64,000 nucleotides of DNA, taken from the NCBI GenBank assembly GCA_017509155.1, contig JAFWQE010000024.1, positions 55,250 through 119,249 on the forward strand. The letters run 5' to 3'. Source of the DNA: Prevotella sp. Lineage in GTDB: Bacteria; Bacteroidota; Bacteroidia; Bacteroidales; Bacteroidaceae. Under the pieces are notes generated by a model that saw nothing but the letters and a program-made list of their open reading frames with translations, had not been told where the DNA came from and did no database searches. The translations under genes were made by a program, and so were the position numbers. Of this stretch, positions 27,726 through 35,529 are shown piece by piece; positions within the stretch are counted from its first letter, which is position 1; every line of letters begins with the position of its first letter.

Positions 27726-29069
27726 CTATTCCACGTCCTCGCGTACATATTCGGGACGTGCATCGGGCTGGCTGGTCGTGATTACGACGTTGCGGAACAC
27801 GACGTTGCGCGCATGTCTGACGAAGAAACCTTTGGCGGGCAACAGGCCCCACATGGTGGCTTCTGGGTATTCCTTTTCTTTTTCGTCTGTTGGCAGGTCG
27901 ATGACCTGACAGCCTCCCTGATGCGTGATGGTGATGTCGCTGAGGCAGATGTCCTCAACGGGATGGCCGCTTAGTCCTGTGATACTGCAGCCCGTGGGAC
28001 CGGCATTGCTGATGTTGATGTGGCTCAGTTGTACGTTTCTCAGTGTGCCCACTTGTCCTACGGGTATGCCTTCGGCGTAAGGTCGTGCGCGGTTGCCCAG
28101 GCGGATGAAGATGGGCGACTCAGTGCCCTCCACGAGGATGTCCGACACCTGAACGTTCTCCAACGTGCCGCCGTCGACCATCTCGAGTGATATGGCCGAC
28201 GTGCCCCGTCGCGAACTGTGGCCGAAGAACTGCGTTCGCTGGTCCTCGGAAGGCTTCACCACGCAGCCGCTGATGCGGATGTTTCGGAAACCGCCGTTGG
28301 TCTCGGTGCCCAGCTTAATGGCGTTGCAATGGCTGCTGACGATGCAGTTCTGTATGGTGATGTTCTCGCAGAGACGCGGCGAAGTGCTCTTCAGCGTGAT
28401 GCCGTCGTCGTCGCTGTCGGCAAGCACGTCGGCCACCACCACGTCGTGACATCCGTCTATGTCGAGCGCGTCATTGTTGTAGTTGTTACGGTTGTACACC
28501 TTGATGCCCCTTATCTGCACGCGGTCGCAGGCCAGGTAGTGCTGCATCCAGCAGCCGCTGTTGCGAAGGGTGATGTCAGAGACACTGACGTCTCGGCAGT
28601 TGATAAAGCGCAAGAGGTGCGGACGCGTGATGCCCTCGTCGTTCCACGATAGTTTCGGAAAGGCGGCACCGCGTCCGTCGATGGTGCCGTAGCCATCAAT
28701 GACAATATGGTCGGCATTGTCGGCATAGATAAGCTGGATGGTGGTGGTCTGTGTGCGCAGCGACACGTAGTCGGACTTCATCTTCTGGTAGTCTTTCAGG
28801 TCGGTGCTGCCATAGAGCGTGGCGCCCAGCTCCAGATGCAGGTGGACATTGCTGCGCAGGACCAGACTGCCGGTCTTGTAGCTTCCCGCGGGAATAATCA
28901 CCCTCCCGCCGCCGTTTTGCGAACACGCGTCGATGGCTTTCTGGATGGCTTGCGTGCTCAGTTGCGTGGTGTCGCTTACGGCACCATATTGCCTGATATT
29001 GTACCAGTCGGCGCGAGCCGGCAGCAGAGCCAAGGCCAGCATCAGCAGAACAAAGACTGTCTTCTTCAT
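27726..29069 (-). CDS. Glycoside hydrolase family 28 (polygalacturonase-like)
   Basis: TQAIQKAID, NNDALDID, SDDDGITLKS, IKLGTET motifs. Confidence 0.9.
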   Translation of the reverse strand: MKKTVFVLLMLALALLPARADWYNIRQYGAVSDTTQLSTQAIQKAIDACSQNGGGRVIIPAGSYKTGSLVLRSNVHLHLELGATLYGSTDLKDYQKMKSDYVSLRTQTTTIQLIYADNADHIVIDGYGTIDGRGAAFPKLSWNDEGITRPHLLRFINCRDVSVSDITLRNSGCWMQHYLACDRVQIRGIKVYNRNNYNNDALDIDGCHDVVVADVLADSDDDGITLKSTSPRLCENITIQNCIVSSHCNAIKLGTETNGGFRNIRISGCVVKPSEDQRTQFFGHSSRRGTSAISLEMVDGGTLENVQVSDILVEGTESPIFIRLGNRARPYAEGIPVGQVGTLRNVQLSHINISNAGPTGCSITGLSGHPVEDICLSDITITHQGGCQVIDLPTDEKEKEYPEATMWGLLPAKGFFVRHARNVVFRNVVITTSQPDARPEYVREDVE

Positions 29070-29094
29070 GTTTTTATTCTATTGCTTGTTTGAT

Positions 29095-29214
29095 AGGAGT
29101 TGGGGAGCTCAGGAGTGTGGGAGTTTGGACGAAACGTCTTCTTTCCATGCAGGTAGGGTAGGGGATTTTACCTGTTGTCCACACTCCTAAGCTTCCACAC
29201 TCCCAGACTCCCAA
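29095..29214. repeat. Octamer inverted-repeat element, second copy
   Basis: Left arm ends GGGAGTTTGGACGA; right arm TTGTCCACACTCC...ACTCCCAGACTCCCAA. Confidence 0.75.
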
Positions 29215-29277
29215 CGTCGAAGTTTCCACTCTTCTGAATCCCTCGACTTCTGGATTCTCATTCCTTATTTCATTCCC

Positions 29278-31266
29278 TCATTCCTTTGCGATGATGAATC
29301 CACCCATGGGTTGCATCGTGATCTTTACCTTACCTTTGCCGTTGGGCTTCAGCGCCTTTCTCGCGGCGTCGGGCACCAGCTGGTCTTTTTTGCGCGGCTG
29401 GTCGTTGATGATGTAGAGCTGATCTGCCGAGGTGAAGAACTGGTCGAGGCTCAGTTCCATGGTCATGGCGCGGTCGGTGCCGTTCAGACCTACCACATAC
29501 CAGTTGTCGCCGTGGCGTCGGGCCATGACTATGAAACGTGTCGGATAGCCGTCAATAAGCCGTGTCTCGTCCCATGTGGTGGGAATCTGCCGCAGGAAAT
29601 CCAGCTCAAAGCCCGGCAGTTCATTGAGGTTGTTAGGCTGCATGGCCACACATTGAATGAACGTCTGGTTGGTAAATGCCGTGGCCATTTCAAAGACATC
29701 GCTTGTGTAGCGCGGATGACGGCTCTTGTTGTCGGGGCTCATGTGTCGGTTCATGATGACGCCTCCCCAGTCGAAAGCCCCCAAAGCGTTGCGGCAGAAG
29801 GGGTGCATGGTGAGCTCGAAACCTTCTTTTTGAGCGTTCCGAGGGTCAAAGAACACGTTCTCGCTGGCCAGTGCGGCCTCGCTGGCCACGTAGTTGGGGT
29901 ACATGCGTTCCCACCCTCTTGGGATGGTGCAACCGTGGAAAACCACCTGTAGACCATGGCGGTTGGCGTCGCTCAGAATATCCTCGTAGAGCCGCATCGT
30001 TTCCTGTTTGTCGCCCCCGAAGAAGTCCACCTTGATGCCCTTCACGCCTATTTTCTGCAGCCAGCTCATCTCCCTTTCGCGGGCAATGGCGGTGTTCATG
30101 CAGTCGCGAGGTCCCTGCGGCGCGTCGTTCACGAAACCGTTGCTGTTGTACCAGAGCATCAGACTGACGCCCTTCGACTGTGCGTAGCGGCTCAGTTCTT
30201 CAATGCGGTCGCGCCCTATCTGCGTGTCCCACCAGTTGTCCACCAGACAGTATTCGAACCCCATGGCGGCAGCCAGATCGATGAATTTCACCTGATCGTC
30301 GTAGTTGATACTGGTGTCTTGCCAGATGAGCCAGCTCCAAGTGTAGCGTCCGGGCTTGTAGACCTGCGAGGGCTGATAGAGCGGTTTAACCACGTCGTAG
30401 GCGATGGTTGTCTCCACAATGGGGTGCAGTGTCCGTCCCACGGTGATGGTGCGCCAGGGTGTGCTTCCCGGCAGGGGAATGGCAGCAAACTCAGATCCGA
30501 AGCCATTGTTCTCGCCCTTATGTGGAAAGGCAATGCGGTAGCCTTGGCCTGCGGTGTAGTCCGACAGGTGGCTGCCACAATAGGCCGACGACACGCCGGT
30601 CTCGCTGATAAGCACCCATCCCGCAGCGTCTCCGCCCAGCGAGAACAGGCAGGGGAACGTGTAGCCAAGCCCGAACTTCGACGGCTTTTCCATGGGCATG
30701 TCGGCCTCATAGTCTTCCTCGTAGCTCGGCTTCGTGCGCTCCCATCCGGTCTCTGGGCCAATCTGCGGACAGAGGAACGTCTTTGTGCCGTCGGGCAACT
30801 GGAAGGCGGTGGCCTCGCTGAAGATGGTCAGCCGTTTGGGATTGTTGGCCTTGGGTCGGGGTATGTCGTAGCGGAAGGCAATGTTGTTGTCCGACACCTG
30901 GAAACACACCGTGAAGGCGATGGCGTCGTCGCGCTGGAAGGTTACGTCCAGACGGTTGGCACGGTAGTGCACGGTTGAGGCCTTGATGCGGTCCATCTGA
31001 TAGTCGTCGGCCACAGCCTTGGTGTCGGAGGCCACGATGGTGAGCCCTTTCGTCAGGTCGCCAAGACTGGTTTGCAGGCCCAGGGCTGATGGCTTGATCA
31101 CCTCGTGTTGGTCGTAGCTGACCCGATAGGTGGCCAGTCCAGACTGGTCGGAGACACTGACCACAAGCCGACCGTCGGGAGAACAGACGCTCTTTTCTGT
31201 GGCAAAAACTACTGCGGCCTGACACATGAGGCAGGCCATGAGAACGGTTCTTTTGATGCGTTTCAT
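29278..31266 (-). CDS. Glycoside hydrolase family 97
   Basis: SPDG start, TPWRTI, GVKGIKVDFF, FHGCTIPRGWERMYPN, IPTTWDET motifs. Confidence 0.92.
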   Translation of the reverse strand: MKRIKRTVLMACLMCQAAVVFATEKSVCSPDGRLVVSVSDQSGLATYRVSYDQHEVIKPSALGLQTSLGDLTKGLTIVASDTKAVADDYQMDRIKASTVHYRANRLDVTFQRDDAIAFTVCFQVSDNNIAFRYDIPRPKANNPKRLTIFSEATAFQLPDGTKTFLCPQIGPETGWERTKPSYEEDYEADMPMEKPSKFGLGYTFPCLFSLGGDAAGWVLISETGVSSAYCGSHLSDYTAGQGYRIAFPHKGENNGFGSEFAAIPLPGSTPWRTITVGRTLHPIVETTIAYDVVKPLYQPSQVYKPGRYTWSWLIWQDTSINYDDQVKFIDLAAAMGFEYCLVDNWWDTQIGRDRIEELSRYAQSKGVSLMLWYNSNGFVNDAPQGPRDCMNTAIAREREMSWLQKIGVKGIKVDFFGGDKQETMRLYEDILSDANRHGLQVVFHGCTIPRGWERMYPNYVASEAALASENVFFDPRNAQKEGFELTMHPFCRNALGAFDWGGVIMNRHMSPDNKSRHPRYTSDVFEMATAFTNQTFIQCVAMQPNNLNELPGFELDFLRQIPTTWDETRLIDGYPTRFIVMARRHGDNWYVVGLNGTDRAMTMELSLDQFFTSADQLYIINDQPRKKDQLVPDAARKALKPNGKGKVKITMQPMGGFIIAKE

Positions 31267-31291
31267 AGGGTAAACGTGTTTATTTGTGGCA

Positions 31292-31371
31292 CAAAGTTAC
31301 GAATAATTACCCACTTTTAGCGCAATAATCGGCAAAAAGTTTGGCAGTTTGAGAATAAATACCTATTTTTG
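31292..31371. promoter_or_regulatory. Divergent sigma-A promoters (GH97 minus; OmpA plus)
   Basis: TAACTTTG on the minus strand at 31292-31299; TTTG 31340-31343 plus TATTTTTG 31364-31371 on the plus strand. Confidence 0.6.
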
Positions 31372-31405
31372 TGGTCGGAATGCTAAATACTAATAATAAT
31401 TGACT

Positions 31406-32521
31406 ATGAAGAAATTCTTGATGATGACAGTCCTCGGACTGTGTGCCTCATTAGCCGCAATGGCTCAGGGCGATTGTTGCAAAGCGAGTAAGTCGCACAG
31501 TTTCATTGAGCTGCAGGGCGGTCTGCAATGGACGGCCACCAATGCCAAGATTGACAAACTGCTCATGCCCGTCGGCGCGGTGTCCTTCGGACATTACTTC
31601 ACTCCTGAGGTGGGAGCACGCCTGCACGTGAGCGGACTCAAGGCCAAGGGCCGCTTCGAGGGCATGGACCTGGACTACAAGTGGAACTATCTGACCAGCG
31701 ATGCCGACGTGTTGCTCAACCTGTCTAACCTGTTCAGCAAGAGCAAGTCGCACGGACTCAACGTCATTCTGGTGGCTGGTGTCGGCTTGGTCAACTATGG
31801 CAAGCACGAGGAACTGCAGAAACTCAGTCTGGCTCGTCCAACGGACATCGCCACGGTGGTCACATCGAGCAGCCAGAAGGAGTGGAGTAAGAACCTGCGT
31901 GGTGGCCTTCGTCTGGAGACCAACCTCAACAAGCCCTTCGGCATTTCGCTCGAACTCGATGCCAACAACCTGCACGACGAGTTCAACGGCAAACTCAATG
32001 GCAGCGACGACTGGATGTTCTCGGGCATGATTGGCCTGAGCTGGCGCTTCGGCTTCAAGAAGTGCAAGAAGGCTGCTCCCGCAACAGAACCCGCTCCCAT
32101 CGTGGAAGAGCCCACGCCAATTCCTGCTCCAGCCGTGAGGATTCCCGATCCCGAGCCTCGCCAGTATGTCAAAACCGAGACGCTGCATGAGGAAATCTTC
32201 TACCTCATCCGCCTGAGCGATCCCACCGAAAGCGGCAGTGCACAGATGCGCCGCGTGGCAGACTTCATGAAGAAATACCCGATGGCCAACGTCACCATCG
32301 TGGGCTATGCCGACAAGGGAACGGGTAACGCCGAGCTCAACCAGATGTATTCTGAGCGTCGCGCTGCTGAGTGCAAGGACGCCCTCGTCAACGTATACGG
32401 CTGCGAAGCATCGCGCATCAGCACCTCCGCTATGGGCGACCGTGTGCAGCCCTTCATCGAGAACGACAAGAACCGCTGCATCATCATCGACGCCAAGGGA
32501 GAATACACGGTGATTGAATAA
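31406..32521 (+). CDS. OmpA family outer membrane protein
   Basis: Signal peptide, N-terminal barrel, Pro-rich linker, VGYADKGTG..N..SERRA..NR peptidoglycan-binding domain. Confidence 0.92.
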   Translation: MKKFLMMTVLGLCASLAAMAQGDCCKASKSHSFIELQGGLQWTATNAKIDKLLMPVGAVSFGHYFTPEVGARLHVSGLKAKGRFEGMDLDYKWNYLTSDADVLLNLSNLFSKSKSHGLNVILVAGVGLVNYGKHEELQKLSLARPTDIATVVTSSSQKEWSKNLRGGLRLETNLNKPFGISLELDANNLHDEFNGKLNGSDDWMFSGMIGLSWRFGFKKCKKAAPATEPAPIVEEPTPIPAPAVRIPDPEPRQYVKTETLHEEIFYLIRLSDPTESGSAQMRRVADFMKKYPMANVTIVGYADKGTGNAELNQMYSERRAAECKDALVNVYGCEASRISTSAMGDRVQPFIENDKNRCIIIDAKGEYTVIE

Positions 32522-32549
32522 CACGTTTCCCCAAATCAAGAGAGTACCT

Positions 32550-32592
32550 GAGATGCAGGAGTTGCAGCATTTGTGAGCAACTCCTGCATCTC
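32550..32592 (+). terminator. 16-bp perfect hairpin after ompA-like gene (GGAGTTGC repeat family)
   Basis: GAGATGCAGGAGTTGC / GCAACTCCTGCATCTC; only a weak T tail follows. Confidence 0.55.
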
Positions 32593-32607
32593 TTGCTTTC
32601 CGCAATC

Positions 32608-32805
32608 CTGCCGGTTTTCATCAAAAAATCTGCCAGATTTTTGCAACTATTCTGCCAGAATAATTCAACTTTTCCGCCAGTTTTCTTCAACCATCCCATT
32701 GAGATTGTTCAGCCAATCCATTGATTTTGTTGAACAATTCCATTGAAATCGTCCAACTAATCCAATGGATTCGTTTCCCAATTCTGATAAAATGGACGAG
32801 CAAGA
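32608..32805. repeat. Degenerate 22-bp-period array (8-9 units)
   Basis: Units in phase at 32608, 32630, 32652, 32674, 32696, 32718, 32740, 32762 (and 32784). Confidence 0.85.
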
Positions 32806-32898
32806 TTGCCGTATTATCAAGGCTATTTTGTAAGAAATGATCTGTACTTCTGTCTGATGCCACAAGGACTAGTCGCGTTTGAAAAGAGAGGCGGTATG

Positions 32899-33752
32899 GA
32901 AAGAAATACTCATAATTGGAATAATTGTCATCAGAAATGAGAATAATAATTTTTTCATTTCTGGATACAATTTCTTGTTATTATTCATATTTCTTTCAAA
33001 AGAAGAGAAACGAATTATCCTAATTGAACCTAATTATCCCACTAATTATCTTTAATTCTTTTTCTGAGTTGAAGAAGTCATTAAGGAGAATTCGTGATAG
33101 AAATTAAGAACAATTAGGATAATTCGTTTCTTAATCTTTGAAAGAAATCGGCATAATTGGAATAATTGTCATCAGAAATGAGAATAATAATTTTTTTATT
33201 TCTGGATACAATTTCTGGTCATTATTCATATTTCTTTCAAAAGAAGAGAAACGAATGATCCTAATTGAACCTAATTGTCCCACTAATTATCTTTAATTCT
33301 TTTTCTGATTTGAAGAAGTCATTAAGGAGAATTCGTGATAGAAATTAAGAACAATTAGGATAATTCGTTTCTTAATCTTTGAAAGAAATCGGCATAATTG
33401 GAATAATTGTCTTCAGAAATGAGAATAAATATTTCTTTTTATTTCTGGATTCAATTTCTTGTCATTATGCTCATTTCTTTCAAAAGAAGAGAAACGAATG
33501 ATCCTAATTGAACGTAATTGTCCCACTAATTATCTTTAATTCTCTTTTGATGTAGAAGAAATCATTAAGAATAATTCGTGATAGAAATTAAGAACAATTA
33601 GGATAATTCGTTTCTTTATCTTTGAAAGAAATCGGCATAATTGGAATAATTGCCATCAGAAATGAGAATAAATATTTCTTTTTATTTCTGAATTCAATTT
33701 CTTGTTATTATTCTTATTTCTTTCAAAAAAGAGAAACGAATGATCCTAATTG
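32899..33752. repeat. Tandem array of about 3.5 x 241-243-bp AT-rich units built from two palindromic modules (B-A)n
   Basis: Unit starts GAAAGAAAT at 32899, 33140, 33381 and 33624; module B 32899-32997, module A 33007-33130. Confidence 0.95.
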
Positions 33753-33790
33753 GTTTTAAGAGTCTTGAAATTGTTGTCTGATGCTTTTCT

Positions 33791-35296
33791 TCATCCGCAG
33801 TGGAAGTATTCCTCAACGAGCTTCTGTATGGCCTCGGGACTGTGGTCTGCGTGTCGGCGCAGGCTGCGGTCGTTGAAGGCGCGTAGCTGATGAATGATGT
33901 CGTCTATCATGGCTGGCGAGAACACTCCGTACTGTTCGTATGCCTCGCGTTGACGTTCCAGACAGTCGGCCGAAGCAACACAGCTGTCGGGCAACTGTGC
34001 GAGCTGTGCCAGTCGTCCAGCGTTTGCCTCGTCGTGGATGTTCACGTTGACGTAGGTTTTCTCAGCCACTTCGAGCGCATTGTCCATTTCGAAGCCTCTG
34101 CGGCAGGCTACACAGAGACCCGCCAGCAGCTGGTAGAGGTCGGCACTGCCATCGGGCGAACGCATCTCAACCGTTTGCTTGGCCGTGGTGTCGTACATGC
34201 TTTGCGGCTCCAGCGGATTGGCCATCTGGCACATATCTACGCCTGTGGCCCATCCCAGCGGCACACGCACCAGCACGGAGCGGTTGCGGTCGCCCCAGCA
34301 GATGTTGGTGGGAGCCTCCTGATGAGGCACCAGCCGGAAGTAGCTTGTGGGATTCTTGTTGCCAAAGGCCGTGATGCTCGGCGCCAGTTCCATCATGCCC
34401 GCTATCATGCGGCGCGCGTCGTCGCTGAGGTGTCCGTTGCTGAGCATGCGGTTGTGCCCGTCTTTCATAATGCGCATGTGGATGTGCAGACCCGAGCCCG
34501 CCTTGCCTGTGGTAATCTTCGGCGCAAACGTCACGTTGTAGCCCTCCTGCCATGCGAGGTTTCTGATGACCCATTTGGCCAGCATCAGCTGGTCGGCAGC
34601 CTCCTCTACACGCACGGGCAGAAACTCTATCTCGTTCTGTTCGTACACCAGTCCGTGCAGTTTGAAGTTGCCCACCTCGGAGTGGCCGTATTTGATTTGC
34701 CCTCCCGTCTGCGCGATGTAGTGCATACATTTCTGGCGGAAAGCGTTCGTCTTGGCGTAGGGAGCCGACTCATGGTAGCCATGCTGGTCGATGGCTGGGA
34801 ACACCTGTTCGTCGTTCTTGATGACATAGTATTCTAGTTCGCCCATGGCATGGAACTCCATTCCCGTCACCTCGGTGAAGGCCTTCGAAGCCTTGGCAAG
34901 CGTCTGTTCGGGAGCACTGGCCAGCGGTTGGCTGTCTTTGTCGTAGAACGAGCAGAGCAGGCAGAGCGTTGGAATCTCGGCAAATGGGTCGACAAAGGCC
35001 GTGCGGAAACGTGGCAGCACATAGAGATCGCTGGCACCTGCCTGAATGAATGAGAACAGGCTGGAACCGTCAACGCGCTCGCCGCAGGTGAGGATGGTGT
35101 CCAGATAGTCGAGGTTGGTCACCACATAGTTGAGCGTCTTCAGTTTTCCGTCGCCGCCGGGATACATGAAGTTCACCATGCGGATGTCGTTCTCACGCAC
35201 GAAACGGATGATGTCGGCCTTGGTAAACTCGCGTGGCTCCTTCTGCAAATAGGCCACCACGCGGTTGGCATTCATTTCAATGATTGGATTGTTCAT
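33791..35296 (-). CDS. glnA: Glutamine synthetase
   Basis: DGSS, GELEYY, HSEVG, QNEIEF, TFAPK..AGSGLHIH, SYFRLVPHQEAP, NRSVLVRVP, EMRSPD. Confidence 0.93.
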   Translation of the reverse strand: MNNPIIEMNANRVVAYLQKEPREFTKADIIRFVRENDIRMVNFMYPGGDGKLKTLNYVVTNLDYLDTILTCGERVDGSSLFSFIQAGASDLYVLPRFRTAFVDPFAEIPTLCLLCSFYDKDSQPLASAPEQTLAKASKAFTEVTGMEFHAMGELEYYVIKNDEQVFPAIDQHGYHESAPYAKTNAFRQKCMHYIAQTGGQIKYGHSEVGNFKLHGLVYEQNEIEFLPVRVEEAADQLMLAKWVIRNLAWQEGYNVTFAPKITTGKAGSGLHIHMRIMKDGHNRMLSNGHLSDDARRMIAGMMELAPSITAFGNKNPTSYFRLVPHQEAPTNICWGDRNRSVLVRVPLGWATGVDMCQMANPLEPQSMYDTTAKQTVEMRSPDGSADLYQLLAGLCVACRRGFEMDNALEVAEKTYVNVNIHDEANAGRLAQLAQLPDSCVASADCLERQREAYEQYGVFSPAMIDDIIHQLRAFNDRSLRRHADHSPEAIQKLVEEYFHCG

Positions 35297-35339
35297 GTTA
35301 ATAGAATGGTTGTTATTAATGTTTTTAGTAAAGATGTCT

Positions 35340-35512
35340 GAGAGTCTGGGAGTTGAAGTGTCTGGGAGTTTGGACGATAGGTTCTGCTTTTTGGCCATTC
35401 TGTCTTTCTGGCTTCCAAATGCCAAACGCTACATGTTCCCTTTCAAAAGGGCATGGAACAGGCCATCACCTGATGTCTAAACTATCATACTCGTCAACTC
35501 CCAAACTCCTGA
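35340..35512. repeat. Octamer inverted-repeat element, third (degenerate) copy
   Basis: GGGAGTTTGGACGATAG at 35364-35380; CTATC..AACTCCCAAACTCCT at 35482-35510. Confidence 0.65.
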
Positions 35513-35529
35513 AACATCATTGGAAATGC

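Noticed and set aside
32899-33752. CRISPR array
   Set aside because: Whole 241-bp units are near-identical, with no unique spacers and no cas genes.
35297-35425. N-terminal extension of glnA (likewise GH94 46686-46808 and the aminotransferase 25047-25109)
   Set aside because: These run through repeat, promoter or upstream-gene DNA; downstream ATGs match family N-termini.
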